Below are positions 55,259-63,491 of a stretch of 64,000 bases of DNA, one piece after another (position 1 is the stretch's first letter; each line of letters begins with the position of its first letter). The notes under the pieces were generated by a model. The model did no database searches. It saw only the letters and a list, made by a program, of their open reading frames with translations, and was not told the origin of the DNA. Source of the stretch: Bradymonadia bacterium (GTDB taxonomy: Bacteria > Myxococcota_A > Bradymonadia > REDH01); assembly GCA_047629415.1 (NCBI GenBank), contig JBLHWZ010000002.1, positions 1,917 through 65,916 of the forward strand. The letters are read 5' to 3'. Both the position numbers and the translations under genes were made by a program.

Positions 55259-55951
55259 CTAGCGACGCCGGAGCGCGGCTCCGATCGGGAGCCCATATGA
55301 GCTGCCGCATTCGTATCTCTAGAGATGGACGCCGACTGGCTCGACGCCGATGATGCGGTGGGCTCGGCCGTCCACCAGTTCGCGGTAGATGCTCCAGCCG
55401 CCGATCGTCGACGCTGCGCTCACGAGCGTGGCTCCGTCGAGAGTCACGCTCGCGCCGGCCGATGCCGAGACCGACACGTAGCGATCTGCGACTGTGAGCG
55501 AAACGTTGAATCGATGCTCTTTAAGGAGCTGAGAGCTGTGGATAGTCAGCGCAAACGACGGACAAGCGACCGCTGTGCCGATCGCGCAGGTCCCTGAGCT
55601 TTGGGCTCCGCTCTCGGCAGCGGAACCAGGGTAGTACGAGCCAAGCATGAACTGCTCTACCGACCCCGGCTTCGAGCTTATGAGTACGCGGCTCTGCGCC
55701 GCGACGAACTCTGTCATAGGCTCCGCGGGCGAGAGTCTGCCCGGCGCCGCACCAGGCCTCAGAGCGCCTCGTTGGAGTTTGCCCCTGGCCCAAACGCGAT
55801 CACTCGAGAGCCAAGAAATCGGGAGCGTCGATTCATCGAAGGCTGGTGCGTCTGAGCGGTAGGAGAAGGCCAGCATAGCTCCTCGTCCGACGCCGAGCGA
55901 TGGGCCTCGAGCGAACCGTGTCTCGCTGCTCGCTGGGCAATATCGCACCAA
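55259..55951 (-). pseudogene. Probable decayed remnant of a larger secreted-protein gene (IgGFc-binding-like / beta-sandwich C-terminal region)
   Basis: There is no signal peptide or plausible N-terminus, because only 83 bp separate it from the divergent radical SAM start. The family-like text ...LISSKPGSVEQFMLG...VTLDGATLV...GGWSIYRELVDGRAHRI..VGVHL is cut by TAG (55319-55321). It then continues in frame as RYECGSSYGLPIGAAL until a second TAG (55259-55261). Confidence 0.3.
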
Positions 55952-56034
55952 TTTTTGTTGCGCGACCGCGCGGGGAGATCTACCGCACCCACTCGCTCAC
56001 CCGCGCGCGCACAGCGCCGAACCCACCCTGCGCC

Positions 56035-58938
56035 ATGATCTACGACTCCTTCATCCATCTCGTTGAGAAGCCCGCTCGCTACATCGGCGGTGAATACAAC
56101 GCGGTCGTAAAGGACTGGGACGCCGTAGACTGCCGTTTTTGTCTAGGATTTCCGGACGTCTACGACATCGGAATGAGCCACCTCGGCACCAAGATTCTCT
56201 ACTCCATCCTCAACAAGACTCCGGACTTGGCGATGGAGCGGGTCTTCTGCCCGTGGGTCGACATGGAGCGCGAGTTGCGCGAGCGCGAGCTGCCACTCAT
56301 CTCTCTGGAGAACCACAGGCCGCTCTGCGACTTCGACGTCGTCGGATTCTCACTGCAGTACGAGATGACATTCACCAACGTCCTCACGATGCTGGATCTC
56401 GGTGGAATCCCGCTACGCAATGCAAACCGGACGCTAGAGGACCCGCTGGTCATCGCCGGTGGCCCGACTGTTACCCACCCGGAGCCGGTCGCTCCGTTCA
56501 TCGATATTTTCTTGGTCGGCGACGCTGAGGAGCGACTGCCCCGCTTGCTGCGCCACTACATGCAGCTGAAGGCCGAGGGCGGCCGCACTCGCCTCGAGAT
56601 GATCGCAGAGATCGCTAAAGAAGGCGGCGTTTACTGCCCCGACCTCTACGAGCGTGAGCTCGACCCGATCTCGGAGATGTACGTCGTTTCCAAGCCAATC
56701 ATGGAAGGCGTGCCGCCGATCGTAGAGCGCGCATTCCTTGACGATATCTCACGCTACCGCTTCCCGGACGACTCGCCCGTCGCCGTCGCCGAAGCGATCT
56801 TCGACCGAATGAGCGTCGAGATCTCGCGCGGATGCACGGAAGGCTGCCGCTTCTGCCAAGCAGGCATGATCTACCGCCCGGTTCGCGAGCGAGACCCTGA
56901 AGAGATCGTCGAGACCGTGCTCTCCTCGTTGGACAAGAACGGCTACGACGAGGCTTCGATCACGTCGCTCTCCACTGCCGACTACAGCTGCATTTCGCCG
57001 CTCGTGAAGACGCTGATGGGTAAACTACGCGAGCGCAAAGTCTCGCTCGGCATCTCGAGCCTGCGAGCCTATGGCCTTAGCGAAGACACGCTGGACGAGA
57101 TCGCGACGGTGAAGGCAACCGGACTGACGTTCGCGCCTGAAGCGGGCACGCAGCGCATGCGCGACGTGATCAACAAGAACGTCACCGAGGATGACATCTT
57201 CGAGACCTGCCATCGCATCTTCTCGCGTGGTTGGAATCGAATGAAGCTCTACTTCATTCTCGGCCTACCGACGGAAGAGGACGAGGACATCTTGGGTATC
57301 GCGCAGATGGGACGCCAAGCGGTGATGATTGGCCGCGAGCACGTGAAGAACAAGAAGGTCGCTGTCACGGTCTCCGTATCCAGCCACGTGCCCAAACCAC
57401 ACACGCCCTTCCAGTGGGCGGCGATGGACACGCTCGACGAGATCAAGCGAAAGCAGAGCATCCTCTGGCAAAAGGGCAAGGACTGGAAGTTCAACTTCCG
57501 TCGACACAACATGAAGGTGTCGCACCTTGAAGGAATCATGGCTCGCGGCGACATCCGCTGTGCCGACATCGTCGAAGGTGCCTGGAATCGCGGAGCACGC
57601 TTTGACGGCTGGGACGAGCATCTCAAGTGGGATGAGTGGCTCGAAGCCATCGCAGAATTTGAGGAGAAGTACGACGTCAAACGGCGCCTCTTCCTGGACA
57701 CCATCCCCGTCGATGCCCGTCTTCCTTGGGACCACATCGACGTTGGCCTTGAGGACGGATTCCTCCTGCGGGAGTACCGCAAGTCGCTGAAGGACCGCCT
57801 CAGCCCGCCCTGCGGCAAGCCGTTCCGCGCGAAGGTGCACCATACGAATGTCGAAGACCACGTCGCCGACGAGCGCCGACTTGTTTGTTACGACTGCGGC
57901 ATCGCCTGCGACATGACGACCATGAGCAACCAGCGCTTGGACTTCCTGACCAAGCTCGGCGCTGAGAAGCCTGCGACAGTGTCCGAGGGCGGTCCAACTC
58001 GCACACAGACCGCGCAGCAGCGACACCAGAAAGGGCTGCCGCCAAACGAGTTCGACCAGGGCGAGAAGATCCGATATCGCGTTCGCTACACCAAGCTCGG
58101 CCCCGTCTCGCTGCAGAGTCACCTAGACATGGTCCGCATTCTGCCCCGCGTGATGACGCGAGCCGGATACACGACCTATTTCAGCCAGGGATTCTCGCCC
58201 AAGCCAGCCCTCTCGTTCGGCCCTGCACTCGGGCTAGGCGCACGATCGCTCGGTGAGTACGTCGACGTGACACTCAACGGAGATGAGCCGAGCGTCACCG
58301 AGATGATTGAGTCGCTCAACCGATGTGCGCCGAAGGGACTCCTCTTCACCGGCGCACGCCGCCTGCGTGGGCTCGACATCGGTGTTTCCAAAGCCATCGC
58401 TCGTTTGGACTGGGCAGTTGTATTGCCCGTCGCGTCTACAGACTCCGCGGAGAAGCTCACAGCTGTGCGCGACGCACTCGCAGCTGCGAACGCCCTCGAC
58501 AGCCTGCCTGTCGAGGTCTGGCGCAAGAAGAAGCGTCGAACCATCGACCTGTGGCACGTTGTCACTGATGCCGAGTTGGTCCCGGCTAGCTCGCTCGCCG
58601 TGGAAGACGACGCGCTGCCAGAAGGCGCCTGGGCGCTGCTCTTCAGCCAACCCTTCGGGCTCGGCGCGACGCTGAAACCACACGAGGTAACGAACGCGCT
58701 GGTCAACGTTGAAGTTGGTACCCGCAGCGTTGTTCGTCTGGGCTGCGTAGCCCTCAACGACGACCAAACATCGGAAGCGCCCTTGCTCTGGGGCAAGCAC
58801 GAAGTGGAGGACGTCGTCGAGTGGACCGCAGCGCAAGCCCGCGAAATCCGTGAGGCCGGCGCGGTCAAACGTTTGGCCGCCGCGTCGATGGTCCCAGTGG
58901 CCGTGCCGAACTTGATTGCGATGGCGCAACGGGCCTAG
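56035..58938 (+). CDS. B12-binding-like radical SAM protein (TIGR03960 family) fused to a DUF2344 (TIGR03936) domain
   Basis: ATG at 56035 gives MIYDSFIHLVEKPARYIGGEYNAV.... Radical SAM cluster motif EISRGCTEGCRFCQAG. C-terminal IRYRVRYTKLGPVSLQSHLDMVRILPRVMTRAG is typical of DUF2344. Confidence 0.85.
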   Translation: MIYDSFIHLVEKPARYIGGEYNAVVKDWDAVDCRFCLGFPDVYDIGMSHLGTKILYSILNKTPDLAMERVFCPWVDMERELRERELPLISLENHRPLCDFDVVGFSLQYEMTFTNVLTMLDLGGIPLRNANRTLEDPLVIAGGPTVTHPEPVAPFIDIFLVGDAEERLPRLLRHYMQLKAEGGRTRLEMIAEIAKEGGVYCPDLYERELDPISEMYVVSKPIMEGVPPIVERAFLDDISRYRFPDDSPVAVAEAIFDRMSVEISRGCTEGCRFCQAGMIYRPVRERDPEEIVETVLSSLDKNGYDEASITSLSTADYSCISPLVKTLMGKLRERKVSLGISSLRAYGLSEDTLDEIATVKATGLTFAPEAGTQRMRDVINKNVTEDDIFETCHRIFSRGWNRMKLYFILGLPTEEDEDILGIAQMGRQAVMIGREHVKNKKVAVTVSVSSHVPKPHTPFQWAAMDTLDEIKRKQSILWQKGKDWKFNFRRHNMKVSHLEGIMARGDIRCADIVEGAWNRGARFDGWDEHLKWDEWLEAIAEFEEKYDVKRRLFLDTIPVDARLPWDHIDVGLEDGFLLREYRKSLKDRLSPPCGKPFRAKVHHTNVEDHVADERRLVCYDCGIACDMTTMSNQRLDFLTKLGAEKPATVSEGGPTRTQTAQQRHQKGLPPNEFDQGEKIRYRVRYTKLGPVSLQSHLDMVRILPRVMTRAGYTTYFSQGFSPKPALSFGPALGLGARSLGEYVDVTLNGDEPSVTEMIESLNRCAPKGLLFTGARRLRGLDIGVSKAIARLDWAVVLPVASTDSAEKLTAVRDALAAANALDSLPVEVWRKKKRRTIDLWHVVTDAELVPASSLAVEDDALPEGAWALLFSQPFGLGATLKPHEVTNALVNVEVGTRSVVRLGCVALNDDQTSEAPLLWGKHEVEDVVEWTAAQAREIREAGAVKRLAAASMVPVAVPNLIAMAQRA

Positions 58939-59010
58939 GTCGCCGGACGTTCCGGTTTGGCCGCGTCAGCAATGCGGCCGGACCGGTGATGCCTCCAAGC
59001 CGGCGAGTTG

Positions 59011-59075
59011 AACGCTTCGCGGGGGCGGCACATGGTGCCGCGCCCTGCCCTTGGTGCCACGCCCTGGGGTCGACG
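59011..59075. repeat. Copy of a GC-rich intergenic hairpin element (GCTTCG-CGGGGGCGGCAC-ATG-GTGCCGCGCCC type)
   Basis: AACGCTTCGCGGGGGCGGCACATGGTGCCGCGCCCTGCCCTTGGTGCC, between convergent gene ends. It aligns by eye with the copies at 63492-63915. Confidence 0.5.
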
Positions 59076-59134
59076 GGCGCGATGCGTTGACGGCGCGTGC
59101 GTGGATTTCTGCGAGCCGGCGGCAGAACCGCTGT

Positions 59135-59782
59135 CTACTCTCCGTAGAGCGACTCGCGCGTCACATCGTGTTCACCGATCCGAATCCCGCCCTGCACAAT
59201 CGCTAGGCAGATGAACTCGGGACCGTCCGCATCAATATGAAACGAGTGCTCGGTCTCTGGCGGCTCTCGGAGCACCGTCCCTGGCGGATGCATGACACCC
59301 AGGTGGTCGATGTAGCGGCCCTGCAGGACAAGCACCTCCTCATCTCCGAGGTGCTTGTGCTCCGGGAATTCCATGCCCGGTGGCATCTTCAGCCAGACAA
59401 TCCCTACGCCCTCTCGGTCCGTGGGCACCGACCACATCGAGGTTCCTGGCAAGACGCCGGGTCCCCAATTCGCAGGGTCATCCAGTCCGCTCAACCAAAC
59501 GAGTGCGTCCTCGTTTGAGATATCAAGAAGCCCCGCAACGGTATCCGCGGAGGGCGCGAAGCGATTGCTTTGGTCGATCGCGGCCAGAAAGCTTGCGCGA
59601 CGGGACGGCTCGAGCGCCAGTGGCGTGATGTCAGAAGTGACCAACAAGGCGAGAGAGAGAGTGTCGGAGTACCGGGCGCCAAGCTCCCGATCGTTTGGAA
59701 ACGCTGCCCAGAACGCAGCGGCCTCAGCCTCCGAGGCAGTTTCGGTCGCGATCGCGAAGAGCAGCTCGTCCGTCCAGTTCAT
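59135..59782 (-). CDS. ChrR-like anti-sigma factor with a C-terminal cupin domain, lacking the zinc (HxxxCxxC) motif
   Basis: The ATG at 59782 overlaps the sigma stop (ATGA at 59779-59782). The cupin region reads VWLKMPPGMEFPEHKHLGDEEVLVLQGRYIDHLGVMHPPGTV...EHSF. The N-terminal ~150 aa contain no Cys. Confidence 0.75.
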   Translation of the reverse strand: MNWTDELLFAIATETASEAEAAAFWAAFPNDRELGARYSDTLSLALLVTSDITPLALEPSRRASFLAAIDQSNRFAPSADTVAGLLDISNEDALVWLSGLDDPANWGPGVLPGTSMWSVPTDREGVGIVWLKMPPGMEFPEHKHLGDEEVLVLQGRYIDHLGVMHPPGTVLREPPETEHSFHIDADGPEFICLAIVQGGIRIGEHDVTRESLYGE

Positions 59783-60378
59783 TTCTCTCCTCCGAAGCCA
59801 TCGCGAAGCGTTGCGAGCGCGGCACGCGTGCGAGACTTTACTGTTCCAGTGGGTACGCCCAGCTGTTCTGAGATCTCCGTGGACGAGAGGCCACGGTAGT
59901 AGCCAAGCTCGAGCACTGTGCGCTGCTCGGACGGCAGTTTCGCGAGCGCATCGGCGGCCCTCCCTGCATCGACAAGCCGCGGGAGCCTGCCGGACGAGAA
60001 GTGCGACGGTGGTTCGTAGCCGTCGGGCATCGCCTCCGACTTGCTCTGGGCGTGCTCTTTGAGGCGGTCCAAACATCGCGAGCGCATTCGTATGGAGAGC
60101 CACGTCTTCACCGATGCTCGATCGGGCCGGTACTGGCCAGCCTTCTGCCATGCCTCGACAAACACATCTTGGAGAATGTCCTCCGCCGCCTCGCGAGACG
60201 AAGCCATCCTGCAACCGATCGCCAGTAGGTAACCTGCGTAGCGGTCGTAGAGCGACGCGAGCGCTGCGCGGTCTCCCGATTGGACCTGCACCATCAAGCG
60301 CACGTCTTCGCGGGCCATTTCGGGTAAGGATGACACCCGCCAAGCGGTAGTGCGTTGCCATGAGCCGGTCAACGTCAC
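59779..60378 (-). CDS. ECF-type RNA polymerase sigma-70 family factor
   Basis: Region 2: ALASLYDRYAGYLLAIGCRMASSREAAEDILQDVFVEAWQKAGQY. Region 4: LPSEQRTVLELGYYRGLSSTEISEQLGVPTGTVKSRTRAALATLR. The GTG at 60378 overlaps the upstream stop (GTGA); an alternative ATG lies at 60318. Confidence 0.88.
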   Translation of the reverse strand: MTLTGSWQRTTAWRVSSLPEMAREDVRLMVQVQSGDRAALASLYDRYAGYLLAIGCRMASSREAAEDILQDVFVEAWQKAGQYRPDRASVKTWLSIRMRSRCLDRLKEHAQSKSEAMPDGYEPPSHFSSGRLPRLVDAGRAADALAKLPSEQRTVLELGYYRGLSSTEISEQLGVPTGTVKSRTRAALATLRDGFGGEK

Positions 60379-61664
60379 GGTCCACAGTCGAGCTCCGATT
60401 TGAGCTCCAATAGGCCTGCCCGGTAACGATCGGGCCCTGCGCGCTCGAGGAAATGGCAGGCCCTAACACGATCGCCAGTCGCGATCGCTGCGTTCACCGC
60501 TAACTCAAAGCTGCGGTCTGTTTCGCGGTTGTCGAGATTCAGGATGGCCAACTCGAGGGCACGGCTCGGATCGTGTCCCGCTCCCAAGTAGAACTCCGCG
60601 GCATGGTCTGCGAAGGCGAGTTCCTCCAGTTCGAGCCATGCTTCCCATCGAGCGCCAGCCTCGGTCGTTACCTGCGCTGCGGCGACTGGGTCGACCTCTG
60701 CGAGGAACTCGGCCAGACGCGCTGCCGGCTCTGGATCCTCTGCGCCCTCAACACTACGAAGGCGTTCGATCGCGAGGTCCAAGCGGCCTGTCTCGGCCTC
60801 GATCTCGGCCAGGTGAACGTTCGCCGAGACATAATCGGGCATGAGCCGCACGGCGTCCTGATAGAGAGGCTCTGCAAGGTCTGGCCGACCTGCCGCCTCG
60901 CCCCACAACACGCCGCGCTGGAACTGCACCCATGCCACGGCGAACGGCGAGACATCTCGGTATGCGTCCAGCGCGGAAACAAAGGCTGCATCAGCTTCCT
61001 CGAAGCTACCGGCTGCTGTCAGTGCCGGCGCAATGTCCGAGTTCGTCGCGTACGAGGGCGAGCTTTCGGCGGCGACCTGGCGGAGTTGAAAGGCTGGCTG
61101 CCAGTTGCCGCGGGCCAGGGCTATTGCCGTGCGATCGGATTCCACGTCGGCGCCGTAGGAGGCGGCGACGTCTAGCGCGTGCTCAGCCTCGTCAAACCGA
61201 TGCAGCGCGGAAAGGGTAAGCGCGAGCAGCTCGTATGCTGCGGGGCTCTGAGGCGATTGGCGGACGGTCTCCTCTCCGATTTCGAGGGCGAGGGTCAGGT
61301 CACTCAGTTGGCCTAGGATCGACGCGCGAAGGTGCAGCGTCGCAACCAAGGCCTCGGCGCTCGACGTATCTCTGAGTCGCTCGAGGCGTAGTGTGTTTCC
61401 TTCCACAGAAGCGTTCAGGTTCCGAACAGCAATCTCTGGGCTCGTCGTCGCTTCCAAGTACGGGACGTGTGCGAGCTCGATGCGCGCAACCTCGTATCTC
61501 TGAGCTGCCTCTTCGATCGGCGCCATGATCGGCTCGGAGTGACTGGCCTCGGAGTGGCTGGGCGACGCACAAGCACCAGTGATCGCCGCGCAAAGCGCGG
61601 CGATCACTGGACTCACGAGACCCGCTGGACGAACCAGCGAGAGGGTGTTCGACACATCACTCAC
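60375..61664 (-). CDS. TPR-like lipoprotein
   Basis: The N-terminus ...PVIAALCAAITGACASPSH is a lipobox-like signal. The remainder is Ala/Leu/Glu-rich helical repeats. Confidence 0.65.
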   Translation of the reverse strand: MSDVSNTLSLVRPAGLVSPVIAALCAAITGACASPSHSEASHSEPIMAPIEEAAQRYEVARIELAHVPYLEATTSPEIAVRNLNASVEGNTLRLERLRDTSSAEALVATLHLRASILGQLSDLTLALEIGEETVRQSPQSPAAYELLALTLSALHRFDEAEHALDVAASYGADVESDRTAIALARGNWQPAFQLRQVAAESSPSYATNSDIAPALTAAGSFEEADAAFVSALDAYRDVSPFAVAWVQFQRGVLWGEAAGRPDLAEPLYQDAVRLMPDYVSANVHLAEIEAETGRLDLAIERLRSVEGAEDPEPAARLAEFLAEVDPVAAAQVTTEAGARWEAWLELEELAFADHAAEFYLGAGHDPSRALELAILNLDNRETDRSFELAVNAAIATGDRVRACHFLERAGPDRYRAGLLELKSELDCGP

Positions 61665-61668
61665 TCGC

Positions 61669-62520
61669 TTACTCTCCCTGCGGGCCAGCGAGGTAAGGGA
61701 ATGTGTCGAGGTTCGGCACGTCGTTCGCCGTGATGAGGTCGTCGACTCCCGTCAGGATGCCAGCAGCGAGGACGCTGTAGCTCCGGTCGATGACGTCGTC
61801 ATCGAGGGTACGACCGCCGCATCCGCCGGTGCCTTCGTCGAGCGCGCCGACAATCTCTGCCTCGAGGCCGAGGTAGGTGCCACACTCGCCACGGTCACTG
61901 TGAACGTAGAGTTGGTCGTCCGCGAGGATTCCTGCCAGAGCGGCGTAGCGGCCGTCCGCGTTCTCGTCGTCCGCGAGCAGCTGGTTGCCGCAGGTCGCGT
62001 CAAGTGCGTCCAGAATCGCGAGGTTTCCGCTAATCTCACCGGCAAAGCTGGCCCAAGCGTCCATACCGGCTTCATTGTAGGAGTTCTTGATCGCTCCACT
62101 GGAGTCCGCGTCGCCGTCGAAGGTCCCCACGAGTGCGGTGGAGATGGCGGGGCGGCCCACTCGGTCAATCTGGTCGCCGAGTAGAGGACGGCCAGTCGCA
62201 CCGCGCGGTTCCGGCTCAACGCCGGTGTCGACGCCCGTGTCCTCAGTACCCGTGTCTTCCACTCCGGTGTCTTCGGTGCCCGTGTCTTCGGTCCCCGTGT
62301 CTTCGGTGCTCGTGTCTTCGGTGCTCGTGTCTTCGATCCCCGTGTCTACGGTGCCCGTGTCTTCCATGCCGGTGTCTACGGTGCCCGTGTCTTCCATGCC
62401 GGTATCGGTGACACCAGCGTCGGTGCCCGTATCGGTATCAGCCGCGTTGTTTGGTTCGTCGTCGCCGCAGGCGGCAAGCCCGGCGATCAGGGTCAAACAG
62501 AGTAGTGTTCGCTTCATCAT
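61669..62520 (-). CDS. Lipoprotein with acidic (E/V)DTGT pentapeptide repeats and a DUF4331-C-terminal-like domain
   Basis: MMKRTLLCLTLIAGLAACGDD (lipobox), followed by an ~70-aa tract of DTGT-type pentapeptide repeats. The C-terminal domain RVGRPAISTAL...GGRTLDDDVIDRSYSVL...NDVPNLDTFPYLAGP resembles the end of DUF4331 proteins. Confidence 0.65.
   Translation of the reverse strand: MMKRTLLCLTLIAGLAACGDDEPNNAADTDTGTDAGVTDTGMEDTGTVDTGMEDTGTVDTGIEDTSTEDTSTEDTGTEDTGTEDTGVEDTGTEDTGVDTGVEPEPRGATGRPLLGDQIDRVGRPAISTALVGTFDGDADSSGAIKNSYNEAGMDAWASFAGEISGNLAILDALDATCGNQLLADDENADGRYAALAGILADDQLYVHSDRGECGTYLGLEAEIVGALDEGTGGCGGRTLDDDVIDRSYSVLAAGILTGVDDLITANDVPNLDTFPYLAGPQGE
62225..62440 (-). repeat. In-frame 15-bp tandem repeat (with a near-perfect 30-bp duplication) encoding DTGT-type pentapeptides
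   Basis: On the plus strand the unit cgtgtcttcggtgcc and its variants are repeated contiguously. 62341-62370 and 62371-62400 differ at a single base. Confidence 0.8.
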
Positions 62521-62564
62521 TGTGTGGTCTCTCGCGTGTAAATATGTGTTGGGTGCGTCAGCGA

Positions 62565-63248
62565 CTATTCGCCGCGGTGGGTGCTAGCCCAAACGCTGAG
62601 TAGCGGTCCGCCCTCAGTCACGAGTGACTTGTCGACCTGAACGACCAACGCGAGAACGTTCGCACCGGCGAGCGTGTCGATGGGTTCGCCGTTGCCCTGG
62701 AGCATTCCCACGACGCTGCCGGCGGTCTCTTCGTCAAGGATGGGGCAGTTGGCGTCATCGAAGGTCAGTCCGGCTGCGACGGCCTGCACGGTTCCAACTG
62801 CCTGCTGGAAGCCAGCGAGCTCGAAGTAGAACGGGTCGTCGCGGAGTCCGGCGAAGACGCGTACTGTCTCGGCGGCGTTCGTGATGCCAGCGGGGTCTGA
62901 CGGGTCGCCCTCGACGTACTCGTCGCCCACCCAGCACTCGATGCGGTCTTCCGCATAAAACTGACACGTGACGAGTGTCTCGGTTTGTGGCTCGCCATAG
63001 CCGGCCGATGAGCCGACGTGGAACGCGTAGGTCACGGAGTCGGAGAAGGTAGCATCGGCGCCAGCGAAGGGCGTCACGCCGAGAGCGAGGTTGAGGGAGC
63101 CTGCGTCGGGGGTCATCCAGGCGAAGACATCGGTGATGTCCGCGGATGGGTCTGCGGAAGCGTTCGGCGAGTCAACGTGGTCAGCCGCGAAGGCTGCACC
63201 AGGGACGAGTAGGGCCGCGAGAGCGACTGCCAGTTTCGTACGATTCAT
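62565..63248 (-). CDS. DUF4331-family secreted protein (N-terminal-half type)
   Basis: The ATG at 63248 is preceded by GAGGAG. MNRTKLAVALAALLVPGAAFAADHVDSPNASADPSADITDVFAW and GLRDDPFYFELAGF match the DUF4331 hallmark motifs. Confidence 0.75.
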   Translation of the reverse strand: MNRTKLAVALAALLVPGAAFAADHVDSPNASADPSADITDVFAWMTPDAGSLNLALGVTPFAGADATFSDSVTYAFHVGSSAGYGEPQTETLVTCQFYAEDRIECWVGDEYVEGDPSDPAGITNAAETVRVFAGLRDDPFYFELAGFQQAVGTVQAVAAGLTFDDANCPILDEETAGSVVGMLQGNGEPIDTLAGANVLALVVQVDKSLVTEGGPLLSVWASTHRGE

Positions 63249-63312
63249 GTTTGAGTTCTCCTCGTGAGTTGCGGCATCGCCGCGGGTCTGAGAGCGGTAC
63301 GAGCCAGCGATG

Positions 63313-63342
63313 AAAACGGATCGATTCTTTTTCCGATTCTTT
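63313..63342 (-). promoter_or_regulatory. Candidate ECF-type promoter / direct-repeat site upstream of the DUF4331 operon
   Basis: The minus strand reads AAAGAATCGGAAAAAGAATCGATCCGTTTT. That gives GAATC, a 16-nt spacer, then CGTT, plus a duplicated AAAGAATCG. It is an AT-rich island ~70-95 nt upstream of the ATG at 63248. Confidence 0.3.
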
Positions 63343-63491
63343 TTTGGATGGGCGAGAAGGCAGCCGATGACTGGGTTCTTTGGCTTCCTAGGCCTCCTCG
63401 TCCTCACACGATCGCCGGTGTCGACCGGCACGAACGAGCAGGGGCGACACCATATGCCGCTCCCCGCATCGGCCCCCTTCATCGCCTGCTG

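Noticed and set aside
59783-60469. N-terminal 229 codons of the 444-aa ORF 59135..60469.
   Set aside because: This part is an out-of-frame read-through across the ECF sigma gene. The real anti-sigma starts at the ATG at 59782, which is coupled (ATGA) to the sigma stop.
62225-62440. Regularly spaced short repeats that at first glance resemble a CRISPR-like array.
   Set aside because: The units are 15 bp, contiguous with no spacers, in frame, and inside a lipoprotein gene, so this is a coding pentapeptide repeat. No cas genes are present.
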